NCBI GenBank assembly: GCA_943350875.1
Contig: CALRAL010000001.1
Coordinates: 4,829-68,828 of the forward strand
DNA from: Candidatus Nomurabacteria bacterium
Lineage (GTDB): Bacteria; Patescibacteriota; Minisyncoccia; Phycocordibacterales; UBA9973
Direction: 5' to 3'
Length of the DNA stretch: 64,000 nucleotides
Shown: positions 54,969 through 64,000 of the stretch, piece by piece
Position numbering within the stretch: the first letter of the stretch is position 1
How the letters are laid out: each line of letters opens with the position of its first letter
Program-made: the position numbers and the translations under genes
The notes under the pieces: generated by a model
Told to the model about the DNA's origin: nothing
Databases searched by the model: none
The model's input: only the letters and a program-made list of their open reading frames with translations

Positions 54969-56732
54969 CTAGGGCTGATAGTTTGAAAACATTTTCCAAA
55001 CATTATCCGTTTTAGTATACCATAGATATGAGTCAAAGAACCTATCCGACGGGGATATGATGTTACCCATCTTAAATCCCTTTAGGTTTTTCGATACTAC
55101 ATATATAAAGTCTGGACTGTAGAGGAATACAGCCGGTATATCTTTCTTTATTTCATCTTCGAATTGGGCGTACTTTTTTACCCTTGCTTTTTCGTCTATG
55201 GTCACATACGCGTCTTCCAATATCTTGTCGACTTTTGTATTGGTGTACATTGCCACGTTTAGCCCTGGGTCTTTTCTCTGTGAGGAATGCCAGAATGCAA
55301 AAAGTTCTGATTCGTGATTTATGATTTGCCCAAAGAGCAAAGCATCGTATTTACGAGGACGAATGACTGATTGGTTCAAATTCCCGATATCAAAAGTTTT
55401 CACATTTACTTTTATACCTATCTCTTTTAAATTATCTTGTATTATTTCTGCTGATTTTACAAGTTCGGCTGAGTTGCCTGTGGATATTGAGAATTCTAAA
55501 CGAGAGGTAGTTTTCTTTTTCTTGGCAACAGTATTCTTTTCTAAAAATCCATCCACTCCTGTCTTCCATCCAGCTTTTGCTAAACTTGCTTGTATTTTTT
55601 GCACTTTTTCATCACGAGTAGAGTCACCGCTCTCACTACTTAATTTCAGGTAGGAGATTATACCCTCTGGTATTGGGCTATCTATGGTAGTGCCATATCC
55701 TTGCAACACCTCCTGTACTATTTTTTCTTTGTCTACTGCTTCGTTTATGGCTTTTAGAACTACTTTGTCTGTAAATATCTGATTTTGGTTTTGATTAAAG
55801 AATAATCCAAACACGCGGGGGAGTATAGAAGATTCTATTCTATAACCTTTCTCTTTTAGTATCAGAGCATCCTCAGGGGTTATAGAACTTATCTGATCTA
55901 CTTCATTATTTAAAAAGGCCGTCACTAAATCATTCTCATTTGAATAAAATCTTAAAGTTACGTTTTTGATGTATGGCTTGCCCAAAGCAAATTTCTTGAA
56001 CTGGGTTAATTCATAATAGTCTATTATTCCAGAAGATTGTTTGCTTACCTTAGAGACTTGATATGGGCCAGAACCGATGGGGTTAGTATTGGCATCGTTT
56101 AATTCTACTATTGAGTTACCCCATACGTGGAGAGGCATGATGCCGAGTGTTGTATTTTCCAAGAATGAAGAATAGGGTTGCTTCAAAGTAAACTTCACTG
56201 TCTTTTCATCCACCTTTTCGACACTTACTCCATCCCAATTACCCTTTTTGGGACTTTTTAAAACTTTGTCTTTTACTTCATTTATCGTAAATACTATGTC
56301 ATCAGCTGTGACAGGTTTGCCATCTTGGAAATAAATATTGTTTTTAAGAGTGAAAGTATAGATTAAACCATCTTTTGATATATCATATTTTTCTGCTAAG
56401 TCAGGAATCAAATTATCGTCGCTATCTTTCCTCATCAGCCCTGAGTATATAAGCGATACTAAGTCTCTATCAGCATCGGAAATAGCCAAAATTGGATTTA
56501 CAAAGCGAGGAGTGCCCACTATTCCTTCACTGATTGATCCACCTTTCATCGGTATGCTCACCATAAAAGATTGATTTACTTTTTGGAGTAGTATTATCGT
56601 GCTTATGACTAAAATAACTGCCAAAATCCAAAAACTAATCCATTCTTTTTTAGAAAAATAAGAAAAAACCGAATTTAATTCGTGTTTCTTTGGAAATTTA
56701 AAATTGCGTATATTATTATAGAATTTTTCCAT
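54969..56732 (-). CDS. ABC transporter substrate-binding protein, family 5 (peptide/nickel type)
   Basis: 587 aa; N-terminal TM anchor; SBP_bac_5-like length and motifs. Confidence 0.55.
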   Translation of the reverse strand: MEKFYNNIRNFKFPKKHELNSVFSYFSKKEWISFWILAVILVISTIILLQKVNQSFMVSIPMKGGSISEGIVGTPRFVNPILAISDADRDLVSLIYSGLMRKDSDDNLIPDLAEKYDISKDGLIYTFTLKNNIYFQDGKPVTADDIVFTINEVKDKVLKSPKKGNWDGVSVEKVDEKTVKFTLKQPYSSFLENTTLGIMPLHVWGNSIVELNDANTNPIGSGPYQVSKVSKQSSGIIDYYELTQFKKFALGKPYIKNVTLRFYSNENDLVTAFLNNEVDQISSITPEDALILKEKGYRIESSILPRVFGLFFNQNQNQIFTDKVVLKAINEAVDKEKIVQEVLQGYGTTIDSPIPEGIISYLKLSSESGDSTRDEKVQKIQASLAKAGWKTGVDGFLEKNTVAKKKKTTSRLEFSISTGNSAELVKSAEIIQDNLKEIGIKVNVKTFDIGNLNQSVIRPRKYDALLFGQIINHESELFAFWHSSQRKDPGLNVAMYTNTKVDKILEDAYVTIDEKARVKKYAQFEDEIKKDIPAVFLYSPDFIYVVSKNLKGFKMGNIISPSDRFFDSYLWYTKTDNVWKMFSNYQP

Positions 56733-56765
56733 AAAGAAGAATATCCCGAACGGTATTCTCTGGGG

Positions 56766-57005
56766 TTAGCTCTTAGCTTTCAATATTATAGCTAAAATTG
56801 CAGACAAAGCAAAAAGAATTCCACAGACAATAGATAAATAAAAGAGGAATTTTTCAAAACCTCGACGTGTATGACTAAAAGACTCAGTGCTTCCACCACC
56901 TAGAGCCCCCTCTCCGGCGGAAGATTGCTGGAGTAAAATAGCGATTATTAAGACCACTGAAAGTATGATTTCTATATATGGTAGTATTTGCTTCAATAAA
57001 ATCAT
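56766..57005 (-). CDS. secG: Preprotein translocase subunit SecG
   Basis: 79 aa, two TM, SSAGEGALGGGSTESF linker. Confidence 0.7.
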   Translation of the reverse strand: MILLKQILPYIEIILSVVLIIAILLQQSSAGEGALGGGSTESFSHTRRGFEKFLFYLSIVCGILFALSAILAIILKAKS

Positions 57006-57061
57006 GGGTCCATTATCGCATTTTTGCCTCCAAAATGCAAATACTGTATAATTTACATATT

Positions 57062-58057
57062 ATGAAAAAAGAAATATCAATGCTTAATTTGTTTCAAAAA
57101 TTATTCCACAACTTTAACGCTCGGGCGATGAAAGATGCAACTTTGGCCTTCAAGGCTCATTTAGATAAAGGGGGCAAGATGTTGCTTGCTATGGGAGGGG
57201 CGATGTCTTCCGCGCAAATGGGCATCACCCTCGCTCCGATGATAAAAGAAGGCAAGATTCATGCTATATCTTGCACGGGTGCGAATTTAGAAGAATCCGT
57301 TTTCCGGCTTGTGGCTCATGAGAGTTATAAGGATTATCCAGATTACAGATATTTTACGAAGAAAGACGATGAAGAGATTCTAAATAGAGGGGAAAGGAGG
57401 GTGACAGATACTTCGATTCCTGAGGAAGAGGCATTTCGGGTGGTTGAGCCGATTATTTTAAAAAGATGGAAAGAGGCGGGAAAAAACGGCCAGCGTTTTT
57501 TCCCGCATGAATACTTTTATCAGATTTTACTCTCTGATGAATTAAAAGATAAGTATGAGGGTGATCCAGAGGCTTGCTGGCTCTTGCAAGCGGCCAAGAA
57601 GAATTTTCCTATAGTGGTGCCAGGGTGGGAAGACTCAACATTGGGGAATATTTTTGCTGGATATTGTAAAGCTGGTGAAGTAAGTCCGACTGTGATGAAG
57701 ACAGGGGTGGAATACATGATGTACTTATATGACAGATATACTGAGCTTGCGAAAGATGGCCCAGGGCTTGGGTTCTTCCAAATAGGAGGAGGAATTTCCG
57801 GAGACTTCCCAATATGCGTCGTGCCTTCTATTAAATATGATTTGAAGAGACCTGTTCGTCCGTGGGGATATTTCTGTCAGATTTCAGATTCTACGACTTC
57901 GTATGGTTCATATTCAGGCGCTACTCCAAATGAGAAAATCACGTGGGATAAATTGACTGTAGACACTCCAATGTTCGTGATAGAGTCTGATGCTACCATC
58001 GTCGCTCCATTCATATTTGAAGCGATATTGGACAGGTATTCTATAAATGAAAAATAA
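57062..58057 (+). CDS. Deoxyhypusine synthase-like family protein (putative)
   Basis: LLAMGGAMSSAQMG...IKEGKIHAISCTGANLEESV resembles the DHS Rossmann/TTAGGxEED block; start trimmed to MKKEISMLNL. Confidence 0.4.
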   Translation: MKKEISMLNLFQKLFHNFNARAMKDATLAFKAHLDKGGKMLLAMGGAMSSAQMGITLAPMIKEGKIHAISCTGANLEESVFRLVAHESYKDYPDYRYFTKKDDEEILNRGERRVTDTSIPEEEAFRVVEPIILKRWKEAGKNGQRFFPHEYFYQILLSDELKDKYEGDPEACWLLQAAKKNFPIVVPGWEDSTLGNIFAGYCKAGEVSPTVMKTGVEYMMYLYDRYTELAKDGPGLGFFQIGGGISGDFPICVVPSIKYDLKRPVRPWGYFCQISDSTTSYGSYSGATPNEKITWDKLTVDTPMFVIESDATIVAPFIFEAILDRYSINEK

Positions 58058-58307
58058 AAGTTTTACACAAAAAGTTTTGGAAGTTGTTGGTAAAATACCA
58101 AAAGGTAAAATGCTCACGTATAAAGGTGTGGCAAAGAGAGCAGGGAATGTGAATGCATCACGGGCCGTGGGGAGTATTTTAAAGAAAAATTACAATCCGA
58201 AAATCCCTTGCCACCGTGTTATCCGTTCCGATGGATTGATAGGGGAATATAACAGAGGCAGAGCGGAAAAATTACGTAAGTTAAAAGCCGAAGGCGCAAT
58301 TGTTTAG
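58047..58307 (+). CDS. Methylated-DNA-protein-cysteine methyltransferase DNA-binding domain protein (short Ogt/ATL-like)
   Basis: IPCHRVIRSDGLIGEY (PCHR active-site motif). Confidence 0.7.
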   Translation: MKNKSFTQKVLEVVGKIPKGKMLTYKGVAKRAGNVNASRAVGSILKKNYNPKIPCHRVIRSDGLIGEYNRGRAEKLRKLKAEGAIV

Positions 58308-58708
58308 TTACCCTTCAAGGGTGACACTGTGGATAAATAATAATTAAGTTTCTCGACCGGTATCATGCCGTTTAAATATTTTCCTAAATGGATTCTTTCA
58401 TAGTTGTAGAAATGTAAATATTCTTCTAAACTTTTCCATGTGCGTGTTGGATTTAGATAGTACTCTTGATCAATCACTCCATGAGCTCTTTCTACCGCTC
58501 CATCCCACATAGACACTGAATCAAGTCGGTCAGTCACTACTGCGTGCTGGAATCCTGTGTATATATCAATGAATGTTCGTTGATACTTTCGTTCATTTTC
58601 AATCCAAATATATTTATCGTCAGCTTGCACTACATCACCAGGAGCCTTAGGTATTACATGGTCTTTCAGTGGTTTGTACCAAGGTAATTTCTTTTGGGGT
58701 CTTCTCAC
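58304..58708 (-). pseudogene. Truncated DDE transposase (rve integrase core only), IS3/IS481-like
   Basis: DVVQADDKYIWIENERKYQRTFIDIYTGF...SLEEYLHFYNYERIHLGKYLNGMIPVEKL (rve C-terminal signature). No HTH N-terminal domain and no inverted repeats found. Confidence 0.6.
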
Positions 58709-58853
58709 TAATCCCTTCTTCTTGTAGAATTGATAGATTGAAGTTTAGGCCGCCACTTGATTTTTGTTTGCCATATATGTGAATTTTACACGGTTACCCT
58801 TTGTCACCTCAATTGTATCTTAATTGTCACCTCATATGGTTAACTGTACACTG

Positions 58854-58884
58854 GCTTGACTTGGTAATCGGATTGGTATATACT
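58854..58884 (+). promoter_or_regulatory. Sigma70-like promoter (TTGACT-N17-TATACT), probably for the rRNA
   Basis: Seen directly ~280 bp upstream of the 16S 5' end, followed by two short GC hairpins. Confidence 0.45.
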
Positions 58885-59156
58885 CCCATAGCGTCTAATT
58901 CTATATGGAATAGGGCGTTTTTATTTCAATGTTGAAGTGAAACTTTGATAATTGAATAGCCCCGACGATACGTCGGGGTAGATTGAGAACCCCCTGATTT
59001 AATCAGGGGAGCAAGTCTCAGCAGAAAGTTTTCTTTGTTTTTTTAAAATAATTCCTGCCCGCAATGCTAAAACATAGCTTTTGCAGGCGGGTCAGAGCTA
59101 GGATAAAAGTAAAAACAAAAACATGCTGTTTTTTGTTTTGTTTCGTTCTAATTAAC

Positions 59157-60777
<1,621 letters not shown>

Positions 60778-61071
60778 TGAAAAACGTCCGGTAGTGAGAC
60801 TTTGCGACGCATCGCAAGATGCAGTGCTACGCACATCGCAAAGCTCTACTACCGGACTAAGAAGTCGGTATTGTGTAGCTCAATTGACTACACAATAGTT
60901 TGGAAAAACTTAAAATTTTATGACAAGCGTGGAAAGACATGCAAATAAAAAAGTTTCAGCCTTCGGGCTGATCCGCCTCTGGCGGAAAAAAGAACGAAAC
61001 AAAACAAAGAACAGCAAAATACAAAAAATACCCCACAAGGGGTATTTTTTGTTGTCTTTATAATAAGATAC

Positions 61072-61094
61072 AAAATATCGAGGACTACCCTTGA
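61072..61094. repeat. REP-like palindrome ATATCGAGGACTACCCTTGATAT (copy 2)
   Basis: Same family as 47874, 61780 and 62478. Confidence 0.7.
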
Positions 61095-61165
61095 TATTTT
61101 TATTAGATATGATAACCTTAAGAAAAGTACATTTCAATCATAAATTAATCCAAGAAAGGGTATAT

Positions 61166-61708
61166 ATGAATCTTATCTCGCTTATGTTTTCATCCACTTT
61201 CTTTACTGGTTTTTTGCCTGGCAAAATTATTAGTAAAGATGGTGCTGGTGGAGGATTAATGGGAAGTATTGTCGGTTTCTTCATTCAACTGTATTTCATT
61301 TATTACGGTTTTGGTTTTGAAGCTGATATATTGCTCATTTTATTTTCTTTTGTATTGGGTCTTATCTGTGTTGAAAAAGCAGAAAAATATATGTTCTTAA
61401 AATACGGGAAAAGAAAAAGACATACCGGTGAATTGGTGGATTATGATTATAATCAAACAAATATTGATGAAGTTCATGGTCAAGCTATTGCTGGTCTTCC
61501 AATTTTTTTCTTTAATTTAACTTTCAGTTGGCAAGTTACGATGTTAATGTTTTCTTTTATTGCTTTTAGGATTTTTGATGTTTCAAAACCTTGGCCAATA
61601 AAATTAATTGAGAGGAATATTAAAGGTTCTTTTGGAATAATGTTTGATGATACAATTGCTGGTTTGATGGCTGGCGTTGTAGTTATAATTACTTACTTAT
61701 CTTTTTAA
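61166..61708 (+). CDS. pgpA: Phosphatidylglycerophosphatase A
   Basis: FFTGFLPGKIISKDGAGGGLMGSIVG...WPIKLIERNIKGSFGIMFDDTIAGLMAG (PgpA DDxxAG block); start set at MNLISLMF. Confidence 0.65.
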   Translation: MNLISLMFSSTFFTGFLPGKIISKDGAGGGLMGSIVGFFIQLYFIYYGFGFEADILLILFSFVLGLICVEKAEKYMFLKYGKRKRHTGELVDYDYNQTNIDEVHGQAIAGLPIFFFNLTFSWQVTMLMFSFIAFRIFDVSKPWPIKLIERNIKGSFGIMFDDTIAGLMAGVVVIITYLSF

Positions 61709-61779
61709 ACAATAAAATTTCCCATCGGAGACAAAAAACTTGCTTCGGTGGGTTTTTTGTTTGTATTTAGCTACAACAA

Positions 61780-61803
61780 AATATCAAGGACTACCCTTGA
61801 TAT
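61780..61803. repeat. REP-like palindrome (copy 3), immediately upstream of the RAYT gene
   Basis: ATATCAAGGACTACCCTTGATAT. Confidence 0.7.
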
Positions 61804-61822
61804 CTCGTGGTATACTTAAGGT

Positions 61823-62491
61823 ATGGAAAGAAAAGTAAAATTTGCACCTAAAGAATATTATCATCTATACAGTCGCGGAGTAGAAAAAAGAAAAATTTTT
61901 CTTAATACAAAAGATTATGAAAGGTTCATAGCTTTGCTTTATATTATGAACCAATCAGGTGAATTTCATCTTGCCAATTTTTTGAAAAAGAAAAAGTTAG
62001 TAGAGATTTTTAATGAATCAAAAGAAAAGAAATTAGTGTCAGTTCTAAGCTATACGCTTATACCGAATCATTTCCACATTTTAGTTTATGAAAACGAAGA
62101 AGGTGGAATTAGTAAATTTATGTCTCGTTTACTTACAGCTTATTCAATGTATTTTAATACTAAATATGAAAGAAGTGGTCCTTTATTTACTCATCCTTTT
62201 CGCTCACAACATATATTAAATGAATCTCAATATTTATGGATATTTTCTTATATACATTTAAATCCAATAGGAATTATAAAAAAAGATTTCAAAGAAAATG
62301 GAATTGGAGATAAAACCATTATTCAAAAGTTTTTAGAATCTTATAAGTATTCAAGTTACCTAGATTATCAAGAAATAAATCGTCCTGAATCAAAAATTCT
62401 AGATTTTTCATTGGTTCCAGAGTACCTTTTAAAGAATAAATTAAACATAGAAAAGTATGATGAATGGTTCTCTATAAAATATCAAGGGTAG
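61823..62491 (+). CDS. REP-associated tyrosine transposase (IS200/IS605-like Y1 HuH transposase, RAYT)
   Basis: HuH motif LIPNHFHILV; catalytic Tyr region FSYIHLNPIG; flanked on both sides by the 23-bp REP palindrome. Confidence 0.7.
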   Translation: MERKVKFAPKEYYHLYSRGVEKRKIFLNTKDYERFIALLYIMNQSGEFHLANFLKKKKLVEIFNESKEKKLVSVLSYTLIPNHFHILVYENEEGGISKFMSRLLTAYSMYFNTKYERSGPLFTHPFRSQHILNESQYLWIFSYIHLNPIGIIKKDFKENGIGDKTIIQKFLESYKYSSYLDYQEINRPESKILDFSLVPEYLLKNKLNIEKYDEWFSIKYQG

Positions 62492-62502
62492 TCCTCGATA
62501 TT
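62478..62502. repeat. REP-like palindrome (copy 4), overlapping the RAYT stop
   Basis: ATATCAAGGGTAGTCCTCGATAT. Confidence 0.7.
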
Positions 62503-62528
62503 TTGTTTTTTATTGTATAATTAAATAT

Positions 62529-63443
62529 ATGAAAACTGTTGGAGTATTGCGAGGAGGGGATTTTGAGAATTACGAAGATTCTCTGCGTGAAGGTGCGGAA
62601 ATTATTTCTTATATCATTTCAAATTTTAATAATGAATTTGATGTTTTAGATATTTTTGTAGACAGAAAAGGAGTTTGGCATTTGAAAGGTCTACCAATAA
62701 TTCCTTCGACACTAGTGCATAAAGTTGATGTTGTTTGGAATACTGCACATCCGAATCTGGCTCAAATTTTGGAGAGTTTTTCTATTCCCGTTATTGGTTC
62801 ATCATCTTTTAATTTTTCAATATCACAAAATAGAGCTTTGTTGGGTGAACAGATGAAAAATATCGGCATAGACATGCCTAGACATTTATTAATTCCAGCT
62901 TACCAAAAAGATTTTGATGGCGGTGTTGAAGAATATGTCCGCAAAAAAACTAGAGAAGTTTTCGGTAAATTTTCTCCTCCTTGGATAGTCAGATCTCTAA
63001 GTAAGAATTCGAGTATGGGAGTGCATGTTGCCAAAATGTTAATAGAATTAGAGAAAGCAATAGCTGACGGAGTAGACCATGGTGTCAGTATTTTGATTGA
63101 AGAATTTATCACTGGCAAAGTCGCATATATGCATTCTGTGTCAGGGTTCAGAAACCAAAACGTCTATGTTTTTCCTGTCTGCACAGGCGAGTCTTTTAAT
63201 AGCTTTTCAAAAAACGAAAAAGAAAAGTTGGAAACTATTTCCAAAGATTTACATAAACATTTAGGAGTAAAACGTTATCTAAAATCTAGTTTTATAGTGC
63301 ACCCCAAAGGGAAGATATATCTAACTGGTGTAAATTTAAGTCCTAATTTAAAAGATAATTCACATTTTCGCCAATCTTGTGAATCCGTAGGAGCTAAGAC
63401 TAGCCACATTATCAAACATATATTAGAACAAGCTTTAAAATAA
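62529..63443 (+). CDS. ATP-grasp ligase, D-alanine--D-alanine ligase-like
   Basis: MKTVGVLRGGDFENYEDSLREGAEI (Ddl-type N-terminus), central and C-terminal ATP-grasp regions; 304 aa. Confidence 0.5.
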   Translation: MKTVGVLRGGDFENYEDSLREGAEIISYIISNFNNEFDVLDIFVDRKGVWHLKGLPIIPSTLVHKVDVVWNTAHPNLAQILESFSIPVIGSSSFNFSISQNRALLGEQMKNIGIDMPRHLLIPAYQKDFDGGVEEYVRKKTREVFGKFSPPWIVRSLSKNSSMGVHVAKMLIELEKAIADGVDHGVSILIEEFITGKVAYMHSVSGFRNQNVYVFPVCTGESFNSFSKNEKEKLETISKDLHKHLGVKRYLKSSFIVHPKGKIYLTGVNLSPNLKDNSHFRQSCESVGAKTSHIIKHILEQALK

Positions 63444-63906
63444 TTGTGTTATAATCTATTTAAGAAATTATTTTTATCTGTAGCGGGTGATCGCACTCAC
63501 ATAGGCACATATGTTGGAGTTTAGCCGTCACCCGCTTCAAATGGAAATAATTTTTTTGTTTATATAAAAAAGAAAATAAATTTTTTAGAAAAGTTATCCA
63601 CAGTTTTTTTGTAAAAATCATTGTGTTTGATTCCGATATGCGGGATAATTAAATAAGTTTGATACGATAATTATTTTTAGAAATTATTTCTAGGGTCGTG
63701 ATTATCGTAAACCCTTGGCCGTAGCTCTATGGACGAGGCTAAAATTAAAAATTTAATAAAAAAATATTATGGCAGCAAAAAAGAAAGCAAAGAAGAGCGC
63801 AAAGAAGCGAGCTTAGTCTTCTCTAGAAAACTCCCCACAAAACGGGGAGTTTTTTCGTTTTTACCCTGTCATTCGCGAATGACAGGGTTTATGCTAATAT
63901 ATAGCA

Positions 63907-64000
63907 ATGGGTTTATTGAGCGGAATATTTGGAGATGTGTCTTCAAAATTCATTAAAGACGCAGAGAAAATAGTAGCAAAAATAAATGCTTTAGAGGCGG
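63907..64000 (+). CDS. secA: Preprotein translocase SecA, N-terminal fragment (runs off the window end)
   Basis: MGLLSGIFGDVSSKFIKDAEKIVAKINALEA parallels the SecA N-terminus (ML..L.K.FG...R.L.....V..IN..E). Confidence 0.5.
   Translation, partial: MGLLSGIFGDVSSKFIKDAEKIVAKINALEA

Overview
This is an AT-rich bacterial fragment with many short genes, an unlinked 16S rRNA with expansion insertions, and no Shine-Dalgarno signals. The style is consistent with a Candidate Phyla Radiation / Patescibacteria-like genome; that assignment is an inference. Housekeeping genes are interspersed with a dense accessory region between about 21 and 45 kb. The main items are listed below.

- **DGR:** A complete diversity-generating retroelement at 12.4-15.0 kb. 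The target gene has a C-terminal variable repeat, and a template repeat lies 390 bp downstream. The two repeats differ only at template adenines, at about 16 sites. A divergent Avd-like gene and a DGR-type reverse transcriptase follow. Their 5' ends overlap on a G10/C10 homopolymer.
- **Intron-bearing tRNA:** An initiator-like tRNA(CAT) on the minus strand is split by an intron of about 233 nt that carries group I R- and S-like elements.
- **Two mirror-image mobile modules:** Each is a large serine recombinase gene bounded by perfect inverted repeats of about 135-140 bp whose outer end overlaps the 3' end of a tRNA gene (Thr-CGT, Gln-CTG). Each sits next to a cargo segment that is itself bracketed by 200-320 bp inverted repeats. 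Copy-to-copy differences in those longer repeats are compensatory within hairpins, which argues for a conserved structured RNA or DNA.
- **Cargo of module 1:** A glycosyltransferase, a methyltransferase and a Nudix hydrolase, ending exactly at the prfB start codon.
- **Cargo of module 2:** An apparent single operon on the minus strand encoding an XRE regulator, a split Type ISP-like restriction-modification pair, an Abi/UG-class reverse transcriptase and a Cas4-like nuclease. A terminator and a GC-rich region of about 450 bp that looks like a structured RNA follow it.
- **Other systems:** A separate Type II R-M pair; a REP-associated tyrosine transposase (RAYT) gene flanked by its 23-bp palindromic REPs; a truncated DDE transposase beside the rRNA promoter; an adenylate kinase / GTP cyclohydrolase II / CYTH three-domain fusion; a partial radical-SAM enzyme divergent from a cysteine-rich small membrane protein; and a 50-bp GC-rich palindromic element repeated at gene junctions.
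- **Translation features:** The 16S 3' end appears to lack the CCUCC anti-Shine-Dalgarno, and RF2 appears to lack the usual programmed frameshift.
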